Shown here: positions 1 to 13,860 of the stretch, one piece after another
Position numbering within the stretch: position 1 is the first letter of the stretch
How the letters are laid out: each line of letters opens with the position of its first letter
Origin: Octopus vulgaris
Lineage: Eukaryota
DNA length: 64,000 nt
NCBI GenBank assembly: GCA_951406725.2
Contig: OX597825.1
Span: 23,250,001-23,314,000 of the forward strand
Direction: 5' to 3'
Notes under the pieces: model-generated
Database searches by the model: none
Seen by the model: the letters and a program-made list of their open reading frames with translations, nothing else
What the model was told of the DNA's origin: nothing
Translations under genes and position numbers: made by a program

Positions 1-687
1 TCCCCGCTTTATGCTAATTCATGCTAATAATCCTTTGTGCAGAAGGTCTGAAATTTTGTGGGGTGGGGCTAGTCGATTACATCGACCCCAGTGATTAACT
101 GGTACATATTTCAACGATCCCGAAAGGATGAAAGGCAAAGTCGATATCGACGGAACTTGAATTCAGAACGTAAAGACGGACAAAATGTCGATTAGCATTT
201 TGTCCGACGTGCTAACGACTCTGCAATTCACCACCTCCTTACTCGACATGCAAATAATCGCAGACAAATCTGTCTTATATCCATCGTTTTACAAAAATGT
301 AATTCTAGATACATTTAAATTTGACGGGACGGCCATGGATGGAATGATTTTAATCATAGTTCCTCTCAGTCAGGATATGTGTAGAACTAAACAAGAACAG
401 TAACAAGTATACATAAATGCAATGAATGGGTGCAGGTCGGATTGTGAAGTTTGGTCCTCAGTCAATGGTGATATTTGAGTGTATATTTAAAATGACACAT
501 CTGAGATATTAGCATGTTGACTATTCCTTCGGTGGTTCACATATGTTCCATAAGTTTGTTTGATCGAACATGACATGAGGCTACACAATGACAGCAATGA
601 CAACACCCATAACAATAATTAATAGTACCCAACAACAATAATTAATCCCAGCGTGCGTCAAAAATATTATTCTATAACAATTTTATT

Positions 688-871
688 CTAAGTAATACAA
701 ATATCTAAAAGACAGATTTTTCTTGTACTCCAATCAACGGGACAAACGTCCATAAGTTCCTGAAGGACCTTGTTTACAAAATGAAGCAAATATTTTTTTT
801 TTCTCTTTTCATCAAATATTTCGTGATGAAATTTAACCTTTCGCGGAGCTATCACGAGAGAAGTCAGTTTG
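688..871 (-). other. Possible terminal exon of an unidentified gene
   Basis: Good acceptor ttgtgttttacag (CAG at 872-874) followed by 60 non-repetitive codons (KLTSLVIAPRKVKFHHEIF...ICIT*). No recognisable homology. Confidence 0.25.
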
Positions 872-883
872 CTGTAAAACACA

Positions 884-964
<81 letters not shown>

Positions 965-1186
965 TTAAACCAAATAGAAGGAGAGGTAAAATAAAAAAGC
1001 GAAGAAGAGTATCATAACCGAAATCGTAAATTGTTTACATTAAGCTGTCTCGTCAATATCACGTTTCTTTCCTAGCTCCAGGACAAAAAGCCAATAGTTA
1101 GATGAGAAACTTGCAAAAGTTTAAAAAGCTTTTCAGTGAACGATATCATTACTTACAGCTTACATAATAATCTACATAGACACGAA

Positions 1187-1783
1187 GGCGGCGAGCTGGC
1201 AGAAACGTTAACGTGACGGGCGTAATACTTAACAGTATTTCGTCTGCCGTTACGTTCTGAGTTCAAATTCCGCCGAGTTCAAATTGCCTTTCATTTTTCG
1301 GAGTCGATAAATTAAGCACCAGTTACGCACTGGGGTCAATGTAATCGACTTAATACCTATGTCTGTCCTTGTTTGTCCCCTCTATGTTTAGCCCCTTGTG
1401 GGTAATAAAGAAATAGGTATTTCGTCTGTCTTTACGTTCTAAATTCAAATTCCGCTGAGTTACAAATTGCTTTTCATCCTTTCGGGGTCGATAAATTAAG
1501 TAGCAGTTACGCACTGGGGTCGATGTAATCGACTTAATACCTATGTCTGTCCTTGTTTGTCCCCTCTATGTTTAGACCCTTGTGGGCAATAAAGAAATAG
1601 GTATTTCGTCTGTCTTTACGTTCTGAATTCAAATTCCGCTGAGTTACAAATTGCTTTTCATCCTTTCGGGGTCGATAAATTAAGTAGCAGTTACGCACTG
1701 GGGTCGATGTAATCGACTTAATCCCATTGTCTGTCTTTGTTTGTCCCCTCTATGTTTAGTCCCTTGTGGGCAGTAAAGAAATA
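1187..1783 (+). mobile_element. SINE family A, trimeric body
   Basis: GGCGGCGAGCTGGCAGAAACGTTA head plus three tandem units, each ending AAGAAATA. Confidence 0.85.
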
Positions 1784-2464
1784 ATAAATAAATAAGAAAC
1801 GTTAGCACGCCGGGCGAAATGCCTAATCGATTTAGTTGTCCTTCCCAAATCGATTTAGTTGTCCTTCCTTACAGATTAAGTATTGGGATCTTTCAAATTT
1901 CATAAACGTTTATGGTAAATTCTGTGGGTTTCTGTCCATGATATATTTTACCTGTTTCAGTCATTAGACTGCGGCCATGCTGGGGCACCACCTTGAATTT
2001 TTAGTTGAATGAATCATGTCCAGTGCTTATTTTTTAAGCCTACTACTTATTTTATCGTCACTTTTGCCGAAACGCTAAGCTACGGGTCGTAAACACACCA
2101 ACACCGGTTGTCAAGTGGTGATGTTGGGACAAACACACACACACACATAGATATATATACATATATGTATATAACGACAGGCTTCTTTCAGTTTCTGTCT
2201 ACCAAATCCACTCACAAGGCTTTGGTCGGCCTGAGGTTATAAGAGAAGACACTTTCCCAAGGTGCCACGCAGTGGGACTGAACCCGGAACCATGTGGTTG
2301 GGAAGCAAGTTCCTTACCACACAGCCGCGCCTGCGCCCATTATATACATTTGTATTCACAGCAAAATGTTACCCTTCAAGAAACAACATTGAACAGATAC
2401 ATTCTCATTCAATTTTATAGAATGAATAATACTATTAGAGCTAAAATGGTTTATAGTAAACTAT

Positions 2465-2507
2465 AACCCTAACCCTAACCCTAACCCTAACCCTAACCCT
2501 AACCCTA
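2465..2507 (-). repeat. Interstitial telomere-type repeat (TTAGGG)7
   Basis: Seven TAACCC units on the + strand. Confidence 0.9.
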
Positions 2508-3223
2508 GAAGTCGAAAGAATGTGACATTGCCCATGGCCTTTGCAGGGCGTCCTAAACCAGTGGAATCGATGCCATTAATGTTCCTAATGAAAGTTAGTA
2601 GGTTAAAAAGAGTAAAGACCTTCTTTGGTCATGAATAATCATGGGATTGCACCTAGAAAGTTACCCTCCGAGGCACAAGTCTGGGCAAATTTGTCTAAGT
2701 AAGACCAGCAGTCGCCCATGCATACAAGCCTCCCTTCTCCACGCCACCGATACTATCCTAGGGAAAGGCAAATGCCGATAACAGCTTGGCCACTATAGAC
2801 GTCGCAACTCATTTCTACAGCTGAGTATACTGGAGCAACGAGAAATAAAGTGTCTTGCTCAAGAACACAACACAGAACCCGGTTCGGGAATCGAACTCAT
2901 TACCTTATGATTGTGAGCCTGACGCTCTAACCAATGAGCCATACTTAGTAGGTTAAGACCTACTTTAAGACCATGAACAGACATGAAATTTTGTTGAAGG
3001 ACTGGGTGTAGTGATTAGTGCCGGACCTGGGGGAGAGTTGATACAAGGATGATGGAAGGATATATGAGTGATACAGGAATGTTTGAGTAAAGATGGTGTG
3101 AGCCAGGCCATTTTCTGAGGAGAGATGGCCAAGTCATAGCAGGAAAGACAGGAGGAGACAGCACAACTGTGAACCAGAAGCTGAAGCGTATCTGTGAGTG
3201 ACTTTATATGGGGAAAGATAATA

Positions 3224-3638
3224 GGCGGCGAGCTGGCAGAAACGTTAGCACGTCAGGCGAAAAGTTTAGCGGTATTTCGTCTGCCGATACGTTCTGAGTT
3301 CAAATTTCGCCAAGGTCGACTTTGCCTTTCATCCTTTCGGGGTCGATAAATTAAGTAACAGTTACGAACTGGGGTCGATGTAATTGACTTAATACCTATG
3401 TCTGTCCTTGTTTGTTCCCTCTGTGTTTAGCCCCTTGTGGGTAATAAAGAAATAGGTATTTTGTCTGCCGATACGTTCTGAGTTCAAATTCCGCTGAGGT
3501 CGACTTTGCCTTTCCTCCTTTCGGGATCGATAAATTAAGTAGCAGTTACGCACTGGGGTCGATGTAATCGACTTAATCCATTTGTCTGTCCTTGTGTGTC
3601 TCCTCTATATTTAGCCCTTTGTGGGTAGTAAAGAAATA
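3224..3638 (+). mobile_element. SINE family A, dimeric body
   Basis: Head plus two units. Imperfect TSD TATATGGGGAAAGATA/TATATGGGAAAAGATA. Confidence 0.85.
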
Positions 3639-4421
3639 TATATGGGAAAAGATACAAACAGAAATATTAAATAACCATAGGATTGATAAAAAAAAAAAAA
3701 CTTCTCCAAAGTATATTACAGGTGAACCAATGAGAGAGCCTCTACGCAGTCTCATGACCTGTTAAATCTAATTGTTAAATCTGTCTTTTATGAAATTACA
3801 CTGTCTTAAAAGGGGATATTTTCATATCCTGGTCTTAGGTCATTTAATTCTAAAAAAGACGAGTTGGTCATAGTTGGAACGTCTTTATTGACAGACCTGA
3901 ATTATCGCAGTTGATCTAAGATTAAGCAATAATAGCAAGCTCATGTAAAAACATCAAGAGGTATTTTAGTAAAAGGTATTTTAGTCGAGAGTCGAGCACT
4001 AAGAACTAATACGAAAAACATTCAATGATTCGCAACGAATCATGGTAAGAAAAATAGAATTAATATTCTTCCAAATTTCTGATACGCCATCACCAATTAA
4101 AAAAAATGAAGCTTTGAAAAATACAACATTGATAAAAACAATTTGGCATACAAAATAGTCCATTAATATAAGTTAATGGTGTAATATTAAGACAAAAGAA
4201 CGACTTATAACTAACGTAAAACATAATATACGCAAAGGTCTGTGTAACAGCAGTAAGAGATGGAAGCAAAATTGGTTTTTTTTTTTAGAAAAAAAAAAAG
4301 TGTGTCCTATTATCATAAGAACGTAATCTGTCTGGTAGCAAAAAATACGACAAAATACGTTTACTGAAAAAGAAATGTTTTGGCATTAACGTATAAGATC
4401 CAGAATTATATACATATTTAC

Positions 4422-4501
<80 letters not shown>

Positions 4502-4663
4502 ATATATATATATATATATACATATACATAAATACATACATACATACATGTATATATATATGTGTGTATGTATGTATATATATATATATGTGTGTGTGTG
4601 TTTGTGTGTGTATGTGTGTATATATATATATATAAATACATATACATATACATAAATACATAC

Positions 4664-4745
<82 letters not shown>

Positions 4746-5043
4746 TCGGTGGTGGTTTTGTGTGTGTGTATGTATATGTGTGTGTGTGTATGTATGTATA
4801 TCGGTATGGGGAAAAAATCAGTGCATCGCTGTACAAAACGAAGCGCAATGAGACTTAAAAACGAACACGAATTAAGCAAAGGAAAAGAATTCTTACGCTG
4901 GTGATTGGAGCTAGCGTCTTGAGAGTAAATACATTCGAGAAGAGAATGACACAAGTGAAGGAGAATGAAGTTTTCTTCTAAAGCGTGGACAATGTTTTTA
5001 CAGTTTACACTTAATGTACTATGCACTGCATTAAGCATAACTA

Positions 5044-5505
5044 TTGGGTTGTCCGGAAAGTTCGTGCCGATTTTTAAAAGTAAGAAAAAGGTCAATAAAT
5101 ACATTTTTAATCAACCAAATATGAACCATTTTGTTGCACAATGCGTCCCCATCTTTCCTTTAACTTGAAAATACCCTCTTCCCAGAATTGAGGTGGTTTC
5201 ATGGCAAAGAATTCATCAAGGTATCTTTTTACGTCATCCAAGGAATTGAAATTTTTACCATTAAGACTATTCTGCAGAGATCTGAATAAGTGCAAATCCA
5301 AAGGAGCAATATCGGGTGAATATGGAGGGTGGGGTAACACATCCCAGCCGAGCTGCAGCAATTTTTGTCTGGTTCCCAAACCATCAAGTGCCAAAAATGA
5401 ACTTTATCTTCAATTTTAAAGGGTTACAGAATTAACACAGGTTATAGGAACATAAATGTTCTACGAAAAGATAGCTTAAACTGTGCTCTAAATGGAGGTG
5501 TAGTA
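5044..5505 (-). mobile_element. Internally deleted mariner element (transposase C-terminus with YSPD motif)
   Basis: WDVLPHPPYSPDIAPLDLHLFRSLQNSL in ORF 5107-5394. TA plus TIR TTGGGTTGTCCGGAAAGTTCGTGCCGATTT at 5044. The first transposase codons are fused directly to the C-terminus. Confidence 0.9.
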
Positions 5506-5887
5506 TATAGTACATTATGGTTCATATAGTGCATAGCATTTTATGTTTTTGAGTAGTGTTTAGTATATACCATTGAATATAGCTTACCTTTCAACTTATT
5601 TTAGAACATGGTTGAATCCTTAAAATAGGATTTGACCACGCTTTTACGAACTTAAGCACGACGCCAGCAATTTTGAGGGAGGGTGGGGTTAATCAATATA
5701 TGAATGCTAGTACTTGACTGATACTTATTTTATCGACCTTAGAAGGAGAAAAAAGGGCAAACTTGACCTCCTGAGCAGGATTTGAACACAACAGTTTAAA
5801 GAGCCGCAACACGTATTACAAGGCATTTTTTTCTGTCAGATCTATCAATTTTGCCAATGCAATAAATATAACTATGATTAATGATGG

Positions 5888-5942
<55 letters not shown>

Positions 5943-6100
5943 AAATATCATTTAAAATCTAATAGGGTTTTATTATAAGAGCCAAGCCTTCATTCAACAA
6001 AGAAAATAATGCAATTTATGAACTAGAGACTTAGTAAACTAGATTATGTTTAATGTAGTGTTATACATGTGTGTGTGTGTGTAATATTATAAATGTATAC

Positions 6101-6189
<89 letters not shown>

Positions 6190-6209
6190 CATATATATAT
6201 ATATACATG

Positions 6210-6269
<60 letters not shown>

Positions 6270-6542
6270 TATAAATATGCCTATATATATATATATGACA
6301 TATATATATATATATATACACACATATGTATGATATATAAATATCTTCATGTATATATACATGCACTAAGATACACATGATATAAAGATGTATAACAGGT
6401 GCGTGTATAAACACACATATGTGTATATATGTATGCGTTTGTGCGTATATATATGTGTATATATATATGCGTGTGTGTGTGTGTATGTATGTATGATATG
6501 TAAATATCTTCATGTATATATGAATAAATATATGAATATATA

Positions 6543-6595
<53 letters not shown>

Positions 6596-7196
6596 GTGTG
6601 TGTGTGTGTATGTATGTATGTATACATGTAATATAACGTTGAATAATTGGTGCATATATAAGCACACACACGCGCGTGTGTGTGTGTGTGTAAACAAAGA
6701 GGAAAAAACAAAAAATGGTTTTGTCGATGAGTCCGTGAGAACTTGTTCATTTTCACCTACAGTTTAATGTTGCAATTTTGTTTTTAAGATAAATTTTTTC
6801 ATGCCATTCTAGTTGAATTAATACGAAGTTGATATCTTGAAGTAATTAGAGATATTTATATTTTCATTAGATATCTTATTTGATATCTTTTCTTTTTTCT
6901 TTTTTTTTTTTTTTTTGCTTTCAATAAATATTTCGGAAAAATATCAATTCAATTTTATTGTATATCATATTTATGTCTTCCGGTTGTTACTTGAAAAAAT
7001 GTGCACACATTCTCTCACTTACACCGTTATATGCAGCGCGAAACATTTGCATGTGGATATAAGTATGTGTATGGATGTGCTTCTGTTTGCGCACGCATCG
7101 TTGTGTGTGTTTCTTTGTGTGCTTGCGTGCGTACCATACATGCCTTTATGCATGCATCAATATATGTGTCAATATATATTGACACGTACGCATATT

Positions 7197-7290
<94 letters not shown>

Positions 7291-7310
7291 TACATACATA
7301 TAGATAGATA

Positions 7311-7343
<33 letters not shown>

Positions 7344-7412
7344 GTATTTATGTACGTATATATACATATATATTTGTATATATATGTATGTATATATATA
7401 TATATATACATA

Positions 7413-7501
<89 letters not shown>

Positions 7502-7502
7502 T

Positions 7503-7567
<65 letters not shown>

Positions 7568-8189
7568 AGTCATTTTCTTTGAGGATACTTTTTCAATACT
7601 TACGGTAAAATAAGCATTAAGTCTCTTTTTTTTCCATTTTTATATATTCATGTTTCCTTTTATTCATTCATTCCAGATTACTTTATACTCTAGTGGTTAA
7701 ATTCGTATCGATTTCTCTCTTTTAAAAATGGGTTTAGATTTAGACCCACATCAGACACTGCATCTGTATGAATTCCAAAAGAAAGCTCTTCATCAAAGCA
7801 AGCAGCGAAGAAATACTCGCTCGGGAAAATCTTCTCCCGCAGATTTCCCTCGGTCTGGATGACAATGTTCTGTCAACACTAAGCTTCTGAAAACTGCAGT
7901 TGAGGAACATCTAAAGCAAACTACACACAAGAATTCGTAAAGTAGTTCAAGCCAAGACACACTTTGATCCTAAAATATCTTCATGAACAAAGAAAACGGG
8001 GCTAAACTTGGTCGATGATTTTAGAATCGGAATTTTGCAATCGCTTCGCCTTGAAGGAACGTAGATTTAGATCTTAAGATATTTATCAATTTAAGCAGAG
8101 ATGAATTTTTAGTCAAAGAATAAAAAATTCTCTGTGTTGTATTTGAGCCACATTTTGAATGCTTCTTAGAAAGGCATCGGTTTTCGTGT

Positions 8190-8970
8190 GGCAGCGAGAA
8201 GGCAGAAACGTTAGCACGCCGAGCGAAATGCTTAGCGGTATTTCGTCTGCCGTTACGTTCTGAGTTCAAATTCCGCCGAGGTCGACTTTGCCTTTCATCC
8301 TTTCGGGGTCGATTAAATAAGTACCAGTTACGCACTGGGGTCGATATAATCGACTTAATCCGTTTGTCTGTTCTTGTTTGTCCTCTCTGTGTTTAGCCCC
8401 TTGTGGGTAGTAAAGAAATAGGTATTTCGTCTGCCGTTACGTTCTGAGTTCAAATTCCGTCGTGGTCGACTTTGCCTTTCATCCTTTCGGGCTCGATAAA
8501 TTAAGTACCAGTTACGCACTGGGGTCGATGTAATCGACTTAATCCCTTTGTCTGTCCTTGTTCGTCCTCTCTGTGTTTAGCCCCTTGTGGGTAGTAAAGA
8601 AATAGGTATTTCGTTTGCCGCTACGTTCTGAGTTCAAATTCCACCGAGGTCGACTTTGCCTTTCATCCTTTCGGGGTCTATAAATTAAGTAGCAGTTACG
8701 CACTGGGGTCGATATAATCGACTTAATCCGTTTGTATGTCTGTTTGTCCCCTCTGTGTTTAACCCCTTGTGGGTAATAAAGAAATAGGTATTTCGTCTGC
8801 GGCTACGTTCTGAGTTCAAATTCCGCCGAGGTCGACTTTGCCTTTCATCCTTTCGGGGTCGATAAATTAAGTACCAGTTACGCACTGGGGTCGATATAAT
8901 CGACTTAATCCGTTTGTCTGTCCTTGTTTGTCCTCTCTATGTTTAGCCCCTTGTGGATAGTAAAGAAATA
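8190..8970 (+). mobile_element. tRNA-derived SINE family A, tetrameric body (4 x ~184 bp)
   Basis: One head, then units starting at 8237, 8421, 8605 and 8787. 11-bp TSD GGTTTTCGTGT at 8179-8189 and 8971-8981. Confidence 0.85.
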
Positions 8971-10633
8971 GGTTTTCGTGTTGATGATGGATTACGATAG
9001 AGTTGAATCAAGAGAACGCTACACTTCAGAGTCGGGTACAGACAAGGAAAAAGAGTAATTTCTGAATATTCTATTCTCTCTGGTATGAGTGATTAAATAA
9101 AAATAGTAATAAGTTAATTTGTGGAATTGTGGAATATAGCCAAACAAGAATAGCGTCTCACATATTTTGAAGTTTTGGGCAGAGTCTTACATATTTAATA
9201 TAGTTGGTTGAAAATTTTTAGTGGAGTTAATGTAAACATCGAATTAAGAGATATAAATTCCCTTTAGGAGTGGTTAAAATTTAAAACGTACAAGCAAGGT
9301 AGTTAACTTCGTTAAGATCAGATAATTGAAAAGTTTTCGATAACATGAACAAAATAAATAGAAGTGAATTTGCACTTTAGAACAAAATGGTGGAAGGGAT
9401 GATTATGTTGCAGTCTTACAGAATATCCTGCATAGTTCAAGGAAATAACATGTTTATAATTTTCAAGATTGAATGTATAATATTCATTATGTAAGCAGCG
9501 CAAGTTTGATTCTCATCTGAGTCATTTTTACTTCCCTTTACTCCTCGTATCTGTAACTTCTGGTCGCAAGCAACAACCAACAGAGGGATAATCTCAACCA
9601 GAACTACTTGCTCCAGGCAGACTACACGAAAAATATCCTTTTGTGGTAATTTAACACTCTGTTTTTCCTTTCGGGATTTTAAAATATTCTCCTTGGTCGA
9701 GATACTACTTAACCCTGTCACATAGCCCAATTCATCTAACTCTAGATAGAAAAAATGTACGATCTAATAACGAAGCCACTATTTGGTTGTTCTACCCAGT
9801 AACGTTGGGTGGTTCGATAGTGCCTGGAGTAAAGCAAGTGGCGCATTGGGGATGCACTTCATTATTTATGTATTCTTCTTTTTCAATCTTGCGCCACAGA
9901 AATTGTGAGTCCAGGACAATTGTTCCTTCGTTCCTGACGCTCGACCCACCTGCTAGATATAACAACCGAAGCTCCCTCCAATGACACTTTACTTTTCCTT
10001 TAAGAAAACGAACGTTAAATAATATCGTCTGAATAAAGACGGGGTGGTCGTAGCTGGAAAACTGTTGCCCATAATTATACTAGATCAGGGTTAACCTGGA
10101 GCTAAACAGCTACATGGATAAAATATCAACATGATGAGTCTAGAGCTGGCCTGCGGTGTTGGGTTCAACTCCTGCATCAAGTAAAGTTCAGGTAATGGTA
10201 CCAGCCAAAATGACTTGACTTTGGTGCACTTACATGCAGATGAGCCATTCAGTAGAATTTCAAAGACCGAAAAGCGATAAAACTCATCATAGAAACAATC
10301 ACTTGTTGATGAATCAACGAGAGGGCTTCTAAGTGGTCATTCAGCCTTCTAGAAATAACAGCTAAATCTCACTCAGATGCCACTCCAATCGTCTTCGAAA
10401 GGGACACATTCGATAATGTGAGCCTACGTCCCAAGCATATAGAAAAAAAATGGTTTAGTCATAGCTGGAATGTCTTTACTCATTGGACTGTTCTGTCAGG
10501 GGTGATCAACTGCTTAATAATTCAGGCACAAGGCCTGAAATTTTGGCGGGTTGGGGGGAGTAAGTCGATTACATCGACCCCCGTGCTCAACTGATACTTA
10601 TTTTACCGACCCCGAAAGGATGAAAGCCAAAGT

Positions 10634-11057
10634 GGAAATTTTCGGTTTGAACGGCAGTTTTTTCTAGCGGTGTCATATGAAATTGTCACCCATAATTATG
10701 ACCCTAGTATCGATCTATTGCATTTCAATCTGTTTTAGGGTTAGGGTTAGGGTTAGGGATGGGGGGAAGGGTATCTTTTTTTTCTTCCCAAATGTAAATA
10801 AACCCAATCTGTTTCTTAAACGAGGGACATTTTCATACGGCACAGAATGTTTTCACCTCAATAGACGTCATTCATTGGTTGAAATTGCAGAAATTGAAGA
10901 AAAATAACAACAAATATCTTACAAACTATAGAATTTTCTCAATAAAGCCAAGAGAAAAAGATGTTTTATAAACACATTCTACCAGTATACGAAGTTTTAA
11001 AATGTTTAGTTACGTGGAAATTATTTTAAAAAGCTGCCGTTCAAACCGAAAAGATCC
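10634..11057. mobile_element. MITE with TIR GGATCTTTTCGGTTTGAACGGCAG, 8-bp TSD and internal (TTAGGG)n
   Basis: TIRs at both ends and TSD GCCAAAGT/GGCAAAGT. Inserted into a minus-strand SINE. Confidence 0.8.
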
Positions 11058-11974
11058 GGCAAAGTCGACCCCGGCGGCATTTAAACTCAGAACGTGAAGA
11101 CCGCTAAGTATTTCGTCGGGCGTGCTAACGATCCAACCAGCTCGCCGCCTTGATCTACTGCTAAATAACAATGATAACAATAACATTAATGTGCGAAAAG
11201 GATGTTTGAAAGAAGCGATGTTTGATGCCGGAAAGTGAACAAAATATTGTTTCAAAGAGAAGTAAACCTGTTTTGCTTTTCTCTCAAAATGTTGGTCAAA
11301 TATTATTTACGTTGAATATTATAGCAGTTAATTAATTACGAAATTGATGGTCTCATTAGGGAATTGTTAATCAAATTACAAAACTTCTGGTCCAATTAGA
11401 AAATTGGTGATCTAATTAGTACATCGGTCGACTAATTACGGAACTTTTGGTTTAATTAGTGATTCGGAGTTTAGATATTATTGAAAGTTTTGACATGTGA
11501 TTCATTTACAATAAGTATTTATTTTTACTTTGGGAATCGTGACATTTCCATGACCCTCCTTGCCCATTCCTCTTGTATGAAAGTCAAGCATTCTCAGACA
11601 GAAAACTATCAACTTATAAGCTAATAATGGAGATGAGGTGGCTTGACGTCAACAACGGCAGTGAAACACATCAGAAGAAAATAAAACAACAGTGGAGCGA
11701 ATGATTAATACATAACCTAGTAACTCCGTTGTCCTGCGAAACTGGATCGCGATATCAACTCACAGAAAGCTAAAAATCTAATTCTAAATACTCGGTAAAA
11801 ACTGCGAAAATACCGCGAAAAAAGGAAAACAATTAGATTGAAAATTTTTTCTATTTTATAATTTTCTTATAAAATTACAAAAAAATTAACACACAACTAT
11901 TTGAATGAACAGCTAAATTGCCCAATTAATATTCTTTAATTACCATAGCGTTTTCTGTTGGAGAATAATCATCT

Positions 11975-12324
11975 TTCTTCTTCATTCTTCTTCTTCTTCT
12001 TCTTCTTCTTCTTCTTCTTCTTCTTCTTCTTCTTCTCCTCCTTCTTCTTCTTCGTCTTCTTCTTCTTCGTCTTCTTCTCCTCCTTCTTCTTCTTCTTCTT
12101 CTTTGTTATTGTTGTTGTTCTTCTTTTTCTTCTTCTTCCTCATCCTTCTCTTTCTTCTTCTTCTTCATCTTCTTTTTCCTCTTCTTCTTTTTTGTTCTTT
12201 ATTTTCTTTAATTTCTATTTACGTTTCTGTTTTGCTTTTAGCCAGCAACAGGGCACAGCAATCACCAAACTCATTTGTTTCTTTAAATTGTTATATTTGT
12301 TTGCTTGTTTTGTCATCATTATTA

Positions 12325-12358
<34 letters not shown>

Positions 12359-12375
12359 CATTATTATCATTATCT
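11975..12375. repeat. (TTC)n and (TTA)n trinucleotide tracts
   Basis: Direct reading. Others include (AAT)n 883-963, (GAT)n 5880-5942, (TTG)n(GGT)n 14372-14480, and purine-rich GA tracts at 20100-20350 and 21736-22005. Confidence 0.95.
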
Positions 12376-13033
12376 ATTCTTAGCGGTCTGCCTGACGTTC
12401 GTTTTAATTCGAAGCTTATTAGATTCCCATAACCTCGACCTCCAACCTTCCAACCAAATTCCGCCACCCACCCCACCCCCACAACCAACATCATCATCAT
12501 CAACAACAACAACTACGACAGCAACAATAGCCCCACCACCACCACCAGCATCGGTGATGACAGAATTTCTGTGTTTAATATAAACGTTAACTTTTATACT
12601 TCGAGGCTAAAAACTAATTCCAATATTTCCGAGTTAGCTGTTTGATTAGTTGCACTGATAAAATTATACATTCTATAGTGTGGAGGTAGAAAATCATTAT
12701 CCAGTAATACTACTACTGCTGCTGCTGCCACTGCCGCTTCTGTTGTTGTTGTTGTTATTGTAAGAGGAACAGATCATAACCAAGCATAGCGGTTCCAAAT
12801 GGCCAATTACGCTATCATTGTAGACTAATATACAGAGATTTAATAAATGTTAAATGAAAGTTTCAATTAGCTCATCCTGGTCGTTCTGGTCTGTTCCTCG
12901 GCGTAGAAGAAGAACCAGCAATTGAATGATATTGCTCGGAGAGAAGCCATCGATTTGCTTGGCATGGATACCGATCGATACAATAAGAATCGAACACTCT
13001 CCAGGATGGGTCAACGGTTTTCTTTTAGTATTA

Positions 13034-13432
13034 CTAGCAGTATAGCCCAGCGTTGCTCAGGTTTGTTTTCTTTTCGACCCTTTAGAATTGGAATTATTGA
13101 AAAGTAAAAATTTTGCATTATGTAGTTTGTTATTCTCTTTAAGTGAACATTCTTCTGGTTAAAATACACCGAAAAATGGCGACACAGCAGTCGAAAAATC
13201 GTAAAAAATAGGGATTTTCATAGAAAAAAAGCACCTTTTCTGTGTAAATAATTTTTGGTGTTAACATGGTCCAATTTGAATTTTTTCTTCTACGGAAGGC
13301 AAAAGCAAGCCTTCTTCTATCATACTCTCAATTTTGGTCAACTTGCACCGCAGGGTCTTGGAGGAGATAATGTTAGTTGAAGGCTACCAAACCTGCCATA
13401 CACAGACAACTTCAGCTTTATATAGAGAAAGA
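13034..13432 (-). mobile_element. Non-autonomous Helitron (~400 bp family)
   Basis: 5' TC, 3' hairpin plus CTAG. Same sequence family as 22189-23029 and 28587-28976. Confidence 0.75.
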
Positions 13433-13602
13433 TTAGTTATTAGAAATCCCCTTAACCCTAAAGAATTGCACATATATATCATATTTAGCTTAGGCATCTA
13501 GATATGGGAATAATCTGTATGCTGCAAATATGGCGCACTCAAAGACTAACCGTCGGTATCACTGCTTGTGTTGTAGATTCAATGATGGTAAGACTAAGAA
13601 GT

Positions 13603-13860
13603 GTGGAGGCGCGTGGCTTAGTGGTTAGGGTGTCAGCATCATGATCGTAAGATTGTGGTTTCGATTCATGGACCAAGCGACGCGTTGTGTTCTTGAGAAA
13701 AACACTTCATTTCACGTTGCTCCAGTCCACTCAGCTGGCAAAAATGAGTAACGCGGCGATGGACTGGCGTCCATCCAGCTTGGGAACACATACGCCATGG
13801 AAACCGGGAAACCAGGCCCATGAGCCTGGCTAAGCTTTAAAAGGGTGCATTTATTTATTT
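13603..13860 (+). mobile_element. tRNA-derived SINE family C
   Basis: GGAGGCGCGTGGCTTAGTGGTTAGG A-box head. 14-bp TSD TAAGACTAAGAAGT. Related heads at about 2590-2945(-), 15590-15890(-), 30415-30745(-), 31024-31340 and 55237-55530. Confidence 0.85.

Noticed and set aside
2465-2507. Possible chromosome end or fusion site
   Set aside because: Only seven units in one orientation, and similar short TTAGGG runs occur inside the local MITE family.
4285-7613. Long ORFs rich in YIYI, HTHT or CVCV (also at 19.3-19.8, 35.5-35.9 and 47.3-49.3 kb)
   Set aside because: Translations of (TA)n, (CA)n and (CATA)n microsatellites, which lack stop codons in several frames.
7728-7862. 44-aa ORF MGLDLDPHQTLHLYEFQKK... 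with good start context, and RHCICMN in another frame resembling the 53-kb Cys motif
   Set aside because: Too short and the similarity is too weak to separate from chance without a search.
8021-8885. Recurring ORF MRNWYL...RPRKDERQSRPRRNLNSERNGRRNT at several loci
   Set aside because: Antisense translation of SINE family A, not a protein family.
8237-8970. Regularly spaced repeats resembling a CRISPR array
   Set aside because: Whole ~184-bp units repeat with no unique spacers, there are no cas genes, and the context is eukaryotic.
9040-9730. Minus-strand 97-aa ORF and neighbouring sequence, possibly an old retroelement 5' region
   Set aside because: No diagnostic motif that I can name with confidence.
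13603-13690. tRNA-like sequences with A and B boxes (many loci)
   Set aside because: They are SINE heads that continue into SINE bodies with TSDs. I saw no complete cloverleaf.
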